NCBI GenBank assembly: GCA_963705705.1
Contig: CAVPKK010000005.1
Location: forward strand, 32,001 to 96,000
Length of the DNA stretch: 64,000 nucleotides
Direction: 5' to 3'
Source: an uncultured bacterium
GTDB taxonomy: Bacteria; Babelota; Babeliae; Babelales; JABCYS01
Position numbers and translations under genes: made by a program. Positions 19,513 through 29,105 of the stretch are shown in pieces; the first letter of the stretch is position 1, and every line of letters begins with the position of its first letter. Below the pieces are notes generated by a model. The model had not been told where the DNA came from. It did no database searches and was given only the letters and a program-made list of their open reading frames with translations.

Positions 19513-21063
19513 ATGAACAGCCGAAGATTAGCATTTTTAGTCAGTCTCTGTGCAATTACTGCAGTGCAGGCTGAGCTATTGGTCATCAAGCAGACCGATG
19601 AAGGTTTCGCACCTTTGGATGCCGGTGATGTTCACAATAAAAATGCTATCGCCAGTATATTTTTGAACTATGAATGGCCTATGGTCATCGCTAATACCCG
19701 GTTGACCAACCAAGAAATGGATGAACTTTTGACTGCGGATAGGCCAAATGCTGAAGAAGAGTTCTTTAGAGCGAAGGTTAAAGAAATCGATCCGCATTAT
19801 GATGTCGTATTTGTTCCAACATCTATGTACGAACTATTCGCCTTAACTAAATTAAAATCTTCCAAGAAAGGACCGCTTAATCCACTGACGGCAATTCTTG
19901 CAGATATGCAGGCCGAAGAAAACTCAGAGAAAATAGCAGTACCTTACGCCTTGCACAATCCTTTTACGGATTATAATGAGCCCATCCGGGTAACGTATGA
20001 AAGAGTTTTTAAACAATTTAGAAGCTTCAATAACTATTTTTATCCTGAAGCATTCTTTCATGTAAATTCTGATCTTGTCGAAGAACTATTTTCTATCGAT
20101 GGCTCCTTGCAAGCAAGCAAGGATGTAACCAACCTAGCAAACAGAATCAGAACTACGTCTGCCACTATTGCCGCCTCACTTATAAACAAACTACCGGCAA
20201 GATTCAGAGTTCTTATTAAACATGAATTGGATCCTGACCGAACTAATATCAAGCCCAACGGAATACTTGCTCAAGCCATAGCATTGGAATATAAAGCGCG
20301 AGCAATCAATAAAGCCATATTGTGGCGCGGCACTGGACCGGTTGAATTAACCAAGGGCAGCGGTGGCGGAAAACTTCAACATATACATACCACTTCGCGC
20401 AGCGGTAATCTTAAAGAACTTGCCCAGCGAACCCTGGAACCTTTTTCAATATCATTTGGCAACTCGCTTTTTGCAGGAATCATTCATGATATTGGCGCAT
20501 GTGCCTATGACAAAATTATTGATACAGGTGGGTATGCGCTTTTTATAGACAAGAAATACTACATTAAGAACTTGTATGCTGGGTTCCAGAAATCACTCGA
20601 TTTATTTTTTATTGCGCCATTATCAAACTTGGCCGGGCTCTTTGCTGGCGGCGAATTCTTCCATTCACGTGTAAAAGCAGCTGTGCCGCCAATAATCCTC
20701 AAAAAGGGGCAGAGGCCTCCAGAAAGATCTATGATCGGCGTTGCTTACTTGTCCTTCATTGATCGCAATGGCCTTTTAACTACCGAACGCGATCCATTAG
20801 TTCACGCTGAGATCTTTAGCAAATACTTGGCGAAGAATATGCATCCTATAACCAAAGGCGATGAACCAACTTTAACACAAGAAGAACACAAGGAATACGA
20901 AGAAAAGCTGGCAGAAGCGCAACTGCAGGCTGGTCAATATTACAAAGCAATAAGAAAACTTCAGCCGTTTACAAAAAAGTTCAGCGCAAAGGTGCGCAAA
21001 CAATTGGAAGAAGAAAAGAAAAAGGCAGCTTCTTCTAAAGGTGAAACTTCTTCAATCAAATAA
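19513..21063 (+). CDS. Secreted uncharacterised protein, paralog 2 of 3
   Basis: VQA|ELL; WPMVI, LWRG, SISFGNS, GEFFHSR. Confidence 0.85.
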   Translation: MNSRRLAFLVSLCAITAVQAELLVIKQTDEGFAPLDAGDVHNKNAIASIFLNYEWPMVIANTRLTNQEMDELLTADRPNAEEEFFRAKVKEIDPHYDVVFVPTSMYELFALTKLKSSKKGPLNPLTAILADMQAEENSEKIAVPYALHNPFTDYNEPIRVTYERVFKQFRSFNNYFYPEAFFHVNSDLVEELFSIDGSLQASKDVTNLANRIRTTSATIAASLINKLPARFRVLIKHELDPDRTNIKPNGILAQAIALEYKARAINKAILWRGTGPVELTKGSGGGKLQHIHTTSRSGNLKELAQRTLEPFSISFGNSLFAGIIHDIGACAYDKIIDTGGYALFIDKKYYIKNLYAGFQKSLDLFFIAPLSNLAGLFAGGEFFHSRVKAAVPPIILKKGQRPPERSMIGVAYLSFIDRNGLLTTERDPLVHAEIFSKYLAKNMHPITKGDEPTLTQEEHKEYEEKLAEAQLQAGQYYKAIRKLQPFTKKFSAKVRKQLEEEKKKAASSKGETSSIK

Positions 21064-21266
21064 AATATTGTTCGCCAAAAGAACTATATTTCTGGACGAG
21101 CAAAGCCGATTTCTAAATCTTGGTACATTAGAATGAATTAATATCTATCATCAAAATAATCCGACTAATAGCAAACTAAAGTCTTCGATCCAATTTCGAA
21201 ATTACGCATTCAATCAAATCATTCTTATCACTCAGTACAAATAGACAGAGAGCCCATAGTGGCCCA

Positions 21267-21297
21267 TTGACGCCCAAATTGTTACTCAGCATGCTGG
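21267..21297 (+). promoter_or_regulatory. Putative promoter TTGACG-N17-CATGCT(GG)
   Basis: Same hexamers and spacing as 25958-25988. Confidence 0.5.
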
Positions 21298-21339
21298 TCG
21301 CCATGATTAGTAAACCATTATGTATTGGAGGATTCTTCT

Positions 21340-22437
21340 ATGAAGAAATTTACACTGTTAGGTCTAGCTGTACTGCTAGCATCTTCTTTTATTCAAGCAA
21401 CCAACGAAGCTGATGAAGAAGAAGGCATCTTCTCTCGTGCATGCACTGCATATGTTGATGCCAACGTTAACATAGCGCAGTGGGCAGGTGAAAAGCTTAA
21501 TTTAGGTATAGCAGAGGCAGCCGCCTGCGGCGGTTTAATGGTAGATGGTAAAGCAGCAGAAGGTTTTGATTCTTCTATTCAATCTCACCGATATCGGACA
21601 ACTGCTGTCGTAACTTCAGCTGCAATTGCTCTTACCTATGGCGTTTACAAGCTTGGACAAGCGACCGGTATTAATGCGAAAATCGCTCATGTTAAAGATG
21701 CGCTTTGTAGGCCTTTTCGGTCAGCCGATAAGAAAGAGGCTGACGAAGCTCAAGCAGTGACTCCTTTAACTAATACTGATAGTTGCAAAAAAGATCTTTC
21801 TACAGACCCAGCTGCGCTTGCAAAAGATCAGGTAAAGCTTGGTCTACAATTTCTTTCTGGCTATGTGGTTCCTCAAAATTTGGCTCTTGCCCATGCCTAT
21901 TTTCAAATGGCTGCAAATCAAACTGCATCCCCAAAAGCCCGGGCTGAAGCTCAGTTATACCTTGGCAGACTATACCTGGATGGAAATGGCGTTCAGAAAG
22001 ATTTAGTTAAAGCACGCGAATATCTGACTGCTGCTGCCACAAATGCCCAGGCATCTTTTGACGCAATCTTGATGGGCAGCGATTTGCTTATCAGATTAGA
22101 AAAAGAAGAAAAAGCATTGCATCCCCAAAATAGCGCGCTGAAGAAAAAGAACATTATTGATAATCTACAGTCCCTGGAAAAAGTGCTTCAGGAAAATAAC
22201 TTAAAACAGCATCTACCGGTAGTGCAAGATACCCTCAGATCATTTCAAACTAAGCCATATGGATTGAATCTGATCAAGAGCGCTGCAATTTTAGCAATAG
22301 CAATTAACGGGCAAACGGAGGTCAAATATTTTGGCCAACCAACGACGATCTCAGTATTTTTAGATCCAATTATGGAAACCATTAATACAGAAATGATACG
22401 ATTGGAAAAAGAAGCAGCTAATAAGACAAAGGCCTAA
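21340..22437 (+). CDS. Secreted Sel1-like repeat protein
   Basis: GGAGG RBS, signal peptide, AQLYLGRLYLDGNGVQKDLVKAREYL and one preceding Sel1 repeat. Confidence 0.85.
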   Translation: MKKFTLLGLAVLLASSFIQATNEADEEEGIFSRACTAYVDANVNIAQWAGEKLNLGIAEAAACGGLMVDGKAAEGFDSSIQSHRYRTTAVVTSAAIALTYGVYKLGQATGINAKIAHVKDALCRPFRSADKKEADEAQAVTPLTNTDSCKKDLSTDPAALAKDQVKLGLQFLSGYVVPQNLALAHAYFQMAANQTASPKARAEAQLYLGRLYLDGNGVQKDLVKAREYLTAAATNAQASFDAILMGSDLLIRLEKEEKALHPQNSALKKKNIIDNLQSLEKVLQENNLKQHLPVVQDTLRSFQTKPYGLNLIKSAAILAIAINGQTEVKYFGQPTTISVFLDPIMETINTEMIRLEKEAANKTKA

Positions 22438-22470
22438 ATAAAACTGACTAAATGTAAGCAAACATTGGAA

Positions 22471-22507
22471 GGAAGGGCCTCCTGAATTAACATAGGGAGG
22501 CCCTTCC
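22471..22507. terminator. Stem-loop, probable terminator
   Basis: GGAAGGGCCTCC / GGAGGCCCTTCC perfect 12-bp inverted repeat after the stop; weak U-tract. Confidence 0.6.
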
Positions 22508-22556
22508 CATTAATCCAAAAAACATTAACAAAAAAAGCGAGTAGGGCAAACTAATC

Positions 22557-22973
22557 ATGAATCACAAATCGGAAACTTTTACCATTCCTGAACATGAGCT
22601 CGAGATTACTGCAAGCCGAGCAGGTGGCCCGGGCGGACAGCACGTCAATACGAGCAGTACACGCGTTACAGTTCGTTGGAATATTCGCAACTCTATGGCA
22701 TTGACTGAAGAGGAAAAGGCGAGGGTTTTAGAAAAGTTGCGATCTCAGGTCACGAGTGATGGGGATATTATTGCTCATTATGGCGGCTCTCGCAGTCAAC
22801 ATCAAAATAAAGAGCTTGCTATTGAACATCTAACGAAAAAAATTCGCAAAGCGTTGTACGTGCCAAAAAAGCGGCTAAAAACGCGTGTATCCAAATCTGC
22901 TAAAGAAGCTCGGTTAGAATCAAAGGCAAAGCATAGCTTTATCAAAAAGATGCGAAGCAAGAAATTTGATTAG
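22557..22973 (+). CDS. arfB: Alternative ribosome-rescue peptidyl-tRNA hydrolase ArfB
   Basis: RAGGPGGQHVN, RSQHQNK, basic C-terminal tail. Confidence 0.92.
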   Translation: MNHKSETFTIPEHELEITASRAGGPGGQHVNTSSTRVTVRWNIRNSMALTEEEKARVLEKLRSQVTSDGDIIAHYGGSRSQHQNKELAIEHLTKKIRKALYVPKKRLKTRVSKSAKEARLESKAKHSFIKKMRSKKFD

Positions 22974-23002
22974 ATTTACCTTTGAAAATTGACCTACTCT
23001 GT

Positions 23003-23040
23003 AAAAAAAGGCGCCTCCTAAGGGAGACGCCTTTTTCTTT
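23003..23040. terminator. Bidirectional intrinsic terminator
   Basis: A7-GGCGCCTCC-taag-GGAGACGCC-T5 between convergent genes. Confidence 0.85.
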
Positions 23041-23069
23041 AATTGCCTATCAATCAGTGCATAAACAAA

Positions 23070-25514
23070 TTAAGCAAGATCTACGTTATTTACACTTAAT
23101 GCAGGATTTGTTTCAAAATTGGTTGGATTGTTGTAACCCGTGTTTGCAACGAAGGCATTACCCGTCGGACCCGCTGATTCATTATTCGCATCAAAGAATC
23201 CGTATTCTCCATTATTCACGGCAGTATTATTCTGTGACAATGTTGAACTACTATTTCCGATGGCAAAATATGGCGGTACGCCAGCAGGAGGAACGCCATT
23301 AGGATTTGCCCATGCAGGGATTCCTCCGGTGAGGTTTACACCCGCAAATGCATTTGAATCAAGCGTATTATTTTTGATCGACGTTGATACAGATGCAGAA
23401 TAAGGACCAGAAGAAGCACTTACAACGGCCCAGAATGTTGATGACACATCCGGCTCATTGTTTGTATTGTTATCTTGCAAACTGATATACGTTGTTCCAC
23501 CAAAAGATGCGACTGCATTTATACCATAGGTTACTGCACTGGACCAAGGGTAAGCAGTTGCAACACCGATGGTAACGACTCCGCCAGAGTAAGAATTTCC
23601 AGTTGGGGCAATTAGTGCGACCCAAGCTGCAGATATATCTGGCTGATTGCCAACATTATTATCTTGGAGGCTATAGTAAACATTACCATTAAAAGGTTCG
23701 TTCGGATTAGCTGGGTTAAACGCCACGACTGCACCAACAGCATAACCAGCTGTAGGAATCCAAGGCACTGCGCCTGCGGCACCAATCACATTCCCGGTCA
23801 TTGTGTTATTCTCAATAACAAGGTTTGTAAATTGCCCTGCTTGTATTGGTTGAAGACCTGGGGCAGTTGGATAAGCCAAAGCAATGTTATCAATGTCTAA
23901 TATATATCCTCGATCAATAACTATACCTGTCCCAATTCCTGCTACACCTGGTATAACACCCATACCTAAAAAATTAATCGCAGGCGAATCTGCTAATCCA
24001 GCGTTACCCAAACATTTGTTGTCCCTAAAGGTAAAATTAGGCAATACAAATGGATAGACAAAATTTGGAGCAAGTAAGGTAATTCCAGATCCACTTCCTT
24101 GTTCAGCAATATTTCCGCAGCATTCATTACCTTCTACAACAACATTTATCTCAATTCCTCTTGCATCGGTATTTCCGAATCCAATAACATCGGTTGATGC
24201 TACTAAATCGATACCAGAACATTGCGGAATAACTCCTATTGGCGATCCCAATTGAGCTAAAGAACGGTTATTGTTAACTCTATTATTTTTTATAACAACA
24301 CCTTGTTTGAAGTCTATGGTCATGCCCTGTACGCTGCCGCCAGATTGATTTCCGCACATTTCATTATTAATCACTGCAAATGTTCCGTTTGGTGCCAGAC
24401 CCAAAAGTTCTTGATTTGCAGATACATGCAATCCATTAAATATCAAAGGAGGCCCATTGAGCGTTGAACCGGTGTTGTAATTGAATTGGTTATTTTCGAA
24501 AAGGCCGCCTTGTATACCACCACCTATTGCACCACCTTGCAAATTCGCGTTAGCTACAAAAGTGTTGTTATTGAATTGATTTCCAACAACTCTGAAGTTG
24601 CTGATGTTAACGTAGAACAGACCTGAACTTACGGTAATAATTGGGAAGAGAGCTCCTCCGTAGCGGAATAATGCTGTTCCCACGCCGTTGTTACACGTCG
24701 AGTTTTCCATCACAAAATTATTTAGGTAACCAGATAAGGCGGCTGGATCAGTTTCGATAAGACTATTTAGCGCAACTCCACTTACCGCTAAACCAACGCA
24801 TGTGGTCGATTCGTCGAAATGGTTATTTGCAGTATAAATATCTTGGCGGCCGAAAATATTACATCCAACCCCGCAACCGATAACATTGCAATTGGTGATC
24901 CGGACCTGCGATACATACAATCCGGCTTGGGTAGGATCGCTTACTTGTGTTTGAGGCCCAAGCCATATGCCTGCACCCACAACAACAGTAAGACCCGATA
25001 CGTCAGTTATTGTTGCTGTACCACAATTAGTGATCGTTAATCCATCAAGAGTGATAAGCGAGTTGGATTGATCGTAATTCACACCATAGGTATAGAAGTT
25101 GGAAATTGTGCCATTAAATACATTTACATTGCTTTGATCTGGGCTTACATAGATACCATTCGTATCAGCCGTTGTATTGCCTTGGTTAAGTACATGCCCC
25201 GCCAAGGTAAGATTCACATTGCTTGCCGTGATTTCAATGGCATTAGTTCCGGGTACCGTCGGATTAAAGTTGACGTCTTCTTTCAAACAATAATTTCCCG
25301 GGCGATCAATCACATATCCGGTCGTCCCGATATCCTCTCTGGAAATGGATATTGAGGAACCACAGGCAAGTAATTTATCAAGATCCCGTTCGATCTCGCA
25401 TAACGTATTTTTTATACAACCGGTGCGACAATCATTTCTTTCAAATGCACTGACTGGCACAGATAGAAAGAGCATGGCGCATAAAGCAACATGCATTTGT
25501 TTGTTTGTCCTCAT
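23070..25514 (-). CDS. Secreted right-handed beta-helix protein with two CBM5/12-like (ChtBD3) modules
   Basis: Signal peptide; Asn/Gly-rich repeats (IENNT..GN); two W....Y..G/N.V....G..Y.SLQDN...N.PD....W modules. Confidence 0.75.
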   Translation of the reverse strand: MRTNKQMHVALCAMLFLSVPVSAFERNDCRTGCIKNTLCEIERDLDKLLACGSSISISREDIGTTGYVIDRPGNYCLKEDVNFNPTVPGTNAIEITASNVNLTLAGHVLNQGNTTADTNGIYVSPDQSNVNVFNGTISNFYTYGVNYDQSNSLITLDGLTITNCGTATITDVSGLTVVVGAGIWLGPQTQVSDPTQAGLYVSQVRITNCNVIGCGVGCNIFGRQDIYTANNHFDESTTCVGLAVSGVALNSLIETDPAALSGYLNNFVMENSTCNNGVGTALFRYGGALFPIITVSSGLFYVNISNFRVVGNQFNNNTFVANANLQGGAIGGGIQGGLFENNQFNYNTGSTLNGPPLIFNGLHVSANQELLGLAPNGTFAVINNEMCGNQSGGSVQGMTIDFKQGVVIKNNRVNNNRSLAQLGSPIGVIPQCSGIDLVASTDVIGFGNTDARGIEINVVVEGNECCGNIAEQGSGSGITLLAPNFVYPFVLPNFTFRDNKCLGNAGLADSPAINFLGMGVIPGVAGIGTGIVIDRGYILDIDNIALAYPTAPGLQPIQAGQFTNLVIENNTMTGNVIGAAGAVPWIPTAGYAVGAVVAFNPANPNEPFNGNVYYSLQDNNVGNQPDISAAWVALIAPTGNSYSGGVVTIGVATAYPWSSAVTYGINAVASFGGTTYISLQDNNTNNEPDVSSTFWAVVSASSGPYSASVSTSIKNNTLDSNAFAGVNLTGGIPAWANPNGVPPAGVPPYFAIGNSSSTLSQNNTAVNNGEYGFFDANNESAGPTGNAFVANTGYNNPTNFETNPALSVNNVDLA

Positions 25515-25957
25515 TGGGACTCCTTAATTAGATTGATATAAACAAAAAACGCCACTTCGAGTATCAATCATTTCTCGAGATGACGCAAAACTATATGTAC
25601 AAAATTTGTTTGAAAAGGAATAAAAATGGAATTGTATGTGTGGATATGCAATTTTTTTAAAAATCACAACGTTCCTTTTTTTCAGGTGTACTTTCCAGCT
25701 TTAAAATGAAGCTAACATTTCACCGTACAAGTTTCAAGCATTTGTCTTTAACGCCCAAACGTATCTTTCCCTGGCGCGGTTTTTGCAGTACGGCTATACA
25801 AGAGTCAAATTTGGGTGCACTTTTTGAGGCCATTTAAAACCCAGTTAACTATATTCACGGAGCATATTTTTAACTTCCATATAATTGATGCTCATCCTAT
25901 TTAACTATTTCAATATGACATGTCTGTGGCCTATTTAGGCTGATTTACCCCAGCCTT

Positions 25958-25988
25958 TTGACGACGCAGCCACTGCATTGCATGCTGG
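25958..25988 (+). promoter_or_regulatory. Putative promoter TTGACG-N17-CATGCT(GG)
   Basis: Same as 21267-21297; lies upstream of GGAG RBS and ATG 26020. Confidence 0.5.
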
Positions 25989-26019
25989 CAACTCTATTGT
26001 AAACAACCGGAGTACCAGC

Positions 26020-27444
26020 ATGAAGCCCAATAGAATAATAGGCTTATTATTTATCTTACTTACTGCCTCTACCTTACTGCAGGCCGAGCTACTTGTAATC
26101 AAACATACCAAAAATGGCTTTGCCGCCTTAGAAGCCCAAGATGAGCCTAATAAGATTAAAATCGCAGATATTCTTTTGGCCTACCAGTGGCCAATGGTTA
26201 TAGGTAATTCTAACTTGACCGAGCAAGAAATGGATGAACTTTTAACGGCAGATGTACCGAATGCTGAAGAAACATTCATTCGAAAAAAGGTGAAGGAGAT
26301 AGATGTAAGATACGATATTGTATTTTTTCCAACAGCTCTTTATCAACTATACACTGCGACAACTTTTCAAAATAATTATTTGCTTACCGCTATTAAGGAT
26401 AAGTCTGCGAAAATATTATTAACCCACGAAGCAAAACAACTTTCCAAAAAGCAGCCCGAAAATTCATCTCAAATGCTTAGGTTAAATTTCGATACAGAAA
26501 AAATACTATCTAATAACGTTTTTTATCCGGAAATATTTTTTCTTGTTAATGATTCACTCGCGAATGTGCTTCTTGCTTTTGATTCAACGCTCAAACACTG
26601 TACCAATGCAACAGTATTTTCAGATAAAATCGAGGCAAGGGCCCAGGAGCTTGCTCAATTCTTTTTTTCTGCAATGAAGGACAGTCTGTGCAAATGCGAA
26701 AAATCAGATGCTCAGAATCCAAAACTGATTGACACGGAAGGCGTTCTCTTCCAAGGAATAGCCTTAGAATATGAAGCTCGATCAATCAACAAAGCTCTAC
26801 TCTGGCGCGGATCAGATCCTATAAAATTATTAATCAAAAAAAATTGTGTCCCTCTCCCAATACTGGGTAGTACTATTAAAGAATGTATATTATGGCGACT
26901 AGATGGCACAATCAAAGAAAGAGCACTCTCCCTACAAGATATTAACAAAAATATAAAAAACGAGCTTACCCCCTATAGTATCTCATTTGGCAATTCATTA
27001 TTTGGTGGGCTTGTATTTGATCTTGGCGCATGCGCTTATGCATACTTAACCGAACGAGGTGGTTATGCAGTAAGTTTAGATAAGAAATATCACATAAAAA
27101 ATCTTTACGCCGGCCCAAGCCAATCACTTGATTTATTTCATATAAATACATTTGCACCAATAGTCGAACTGTTTGCTCATGGCGAATTTTTTCATCCGCG
27201 CATTAAAGAAGCTAAACCTAAGGTGAAGCCGCAGGAGGAGTGTTTCCTCTCAATAGAAAGAGACCCTTTCTTGCATGCTGAACTATTTTCGAGATATCTT
27301 GCTGAAAATATGAGAGTTATTACCAAAAACCATGAGTCGTCAGCCCAAAGAAAGGCTTATGAGAAAAAAATAAAGGATGCTCAAAAACAGGCTGCAGAAT
27401 GCTATAAGGCAGGCGTAAAGAATGAAAAACCAGTCGCTGCATAA
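26020..27444 (+). CDS. Secreted uncharacterised protein, paralog 3 of 3
   Basis: LQA|ELL; WPMVI, LWRG, SISFGNS, GEFFHPR. Confidence 0.85.
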   Translation: MKPNRIIGLLFILLTASTLLQAELLVIKHTKNGFAALEAQDEPNKIKIADILLAYQWPMVIGNSNLTEQEMDELLTADVPNAEETFIRKKVKEIDVRYDIVFFPTALYQLYTATTFQNNYLLTAIKDKSAKILLTHEAKQLSKKQPENSSQMLRLNFDTEKILSNNVFYPEIFFLVNDSLANVLLAFDSTLKHCTNATVFSDKIEARAQELAQFFFSAMKDSLCKCEKSDAQNPKLIDTEGVLFQGIALEYEARSINKALLWRGSDPIKLLIKKNCVPLPILGSTIKECILWRLDGTIKERALSLQDINKNIKNELTPYSISFGNSLFGGLVFDLGACAYAYLTERGGYAVSLDKKYHIKNLYAGPSQSLDLFHINTFAPIVELFAHGEFFHPRIKEAKPKVKPQEECFLSIERDPFLHAELFSRYLAENMRVITKNHESSAQRKAYEKKIKDAQKQAAECYKAGVKNEKPVAA

Positions 27445-27525
27445 ACCAGAGCGTAAATGGAACCTTGCCGGCGCAAAAATAAATGCGGAATTATCTGTTT
27501 TTAACTATATGAATCCAAACTTTCT

Positions 27526-27675
27526 AGCGCTCCGATCCTTCGATAAACTTCCACCGACGCTTTTACCTTCGCGCGCTTGATACCTCGATTAACTCAGTAT
27601 GAGCGCGGTCCTCTTCCGACCGTAAGAATTTTCTACAATCTACACGAGCTATGGCGGACATGCAGAATGAGCGCT
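27526..27675. repeat. Triple-nested palindromic element
   Basis: Outer AGCGCTCCGATCCTTCGATAAACT...CAGAATGAGCGCT; middle TCCACCGACGCT...AGCTATGGCGGA; inner CGCGCTTGATACCTCGATTAACTCAGTATGAGCGCG. Confidence 0.85.
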
Positions 27676-27761
27676 TCTTCGATTAATTTAAGGAGCAAGC
27701 TAAAACTAAAATATTACTTCAATAATCAGTTCGATCTACTTAAATGAGATAAAGTGCGGTC

Positions 27762-29084
27762 TTACGTCCGGGCTCTTTTATCCATCAAAGATCTCATCAA
27801 ATGATCTTCAATAGTTAACAGACGGTTATATTTAGATAAGCGTTCGCTACGATTGCAGCCGCCGGCTTTGATTTGACCGGCTGATGTACCGACTGCCATG
27901 TCGGCAATAAAGGTATCGCAGGTTTCACCTGAGCGGTGAGAGACAACAGTATTAAGGCCATTTTCCTGGCATAGTTGAATTGCTTGTAGAGCTTCGGTAA
28001 TGGTACCAATTTGATTTGGCTTAATAATGGCGGCATTAGCGGCATGAAGTTCGAGCCCTTTTGTAATACGTTTTACGTTAGTTACAAACAGATCGTCACC
28101 CACGATTTGGCATGGCGTGCCGTATACGGGTGGGGAGCTTGTTCGCATGGCAGGCTCACCTTCTGGCACGGTGCATACCTCAGTCAATTTTTGCCAGCCG
28201 GTCCAATCATCTTCCGCAAGGCCATCTTCGATTGAATAGATAGGGTAAGTTTTTGCTAGTTCAGCATAAAGGCTAATCAGATCGCCCGAGGTTACTTGTT
28301 CGCCATACCAGTCATAGCGTTGTTTATCTTTGTCGTAGAATTCACTTGCGGCAACATCGAGTGCGATACCAAAAACTTGTTCGCCATTTTTGCCTAATGA
28401 AATCATGGTTTCCATGAGACAATCTAATGCTTCAATATCATCTTCAAAGGCACAGGCATACCCACCCTCATCGCCAACGGCGACCATTTTATTTTTTTCA
28501 CGAAGGATTTTTTTAAGTTGATGGGAAAATATCATCCCGGCTTCGCATGCTTCTTTGTAGCTGGCAGCGCCAAGTGGTGCAACCATAAACTCTTGAATGC
28601 GCAGGCCATTATCCGAATGTACTCCACCGTTGATTACATTGAACATGGGTATCGGCATGGCAACTTGGTCTTGCCCTACTACCCAGGCTATAAATTCATA
28701 AAGTTCAACGCCTTCGATTGCCGACTGTGCGCGATACAATGCCTGACTGACGGCCAATGTGGCATTGGCGCCGAGTTTCTTTTTGTTAGGCGTACCGTCG
28801 AGTGCAATGATAAGTTGATCTTGGTCTAACGCAGAAAGTTCCTTGCCAACAAGCTGCGGGGCAATTACGCGTTCGATATTGTCGATTGCTTTGGTGACCC
28901 CTTTGCCGAAAAGGCGTTTGCCGCCATCTCGCAATTCTACAGCTTCATGTTTACCGACAGATGCGCCGGAGGGAACGCAAGAGGTGACCGAGATGCCACC
29001 TTCAAGAGCGAGTTCAGCTTGGATTGTGGGTACGCCGCGGGAATCAAATATCTCTCGCGCAATCAAACGCGTTATCTTTGGCAT
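27762..29084 (-). CDS. eno: Enolase
   Basis: REIFDSRG.PT, VPSGAS.G.HEA.ELRD, VGDEGG, IK.NQIGT, SHRSGET. Confidence 0.97.
   Translation of the reverse strand: MPKITRLIAREIFDSRGVPTIQAELALEGGISVTSCVPSGASVGKHEAVELRDGGKRLFGKGVTKAIDNIERVIAPQLVGKELSALDQDQLIIALDGTPNKKKLGANATLAVSQALYRAQSAIEGVELYEFIAWVVGQDQVAMPIPMFNVINGGVHSDNGLRIQEFMVAPLGAASYKEACEAGMIFSHQLKKILREKNKMVAVGDEGGYACAFEDDIEALDCLMETMISLGKNGEQVFGIALDVAASEFYDKDKQRYDWYGEQVTSGDLISLYAELAKTYPIYSIEDGLAEDDWTGWQKLTEVCTVPEGEPAMRTSSPPVYGTPCQIVGDDLFVTNVKRITKGLELHAANAAIIKPNQIGTITEALQAIQLCQENGLNTVVSHRSGETCDTFIADMAVGTSAGQIKAGGCNRSERLSKYNRLLTIEDHLMRSLMDKRART
28116..28170. repeat. Palindromic in-frame insert in enolase
   Basis: CGTGCC..GGTG..GAGCTTGT-loop-GCAGGCTCACC..GGCACG; coincides with about 17 extra residues before QIVGDD. 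Confidence 0.65.
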
Positions 29085-29105
29085 CGCTCTCCCTTTTTCG
29101 CTTAT

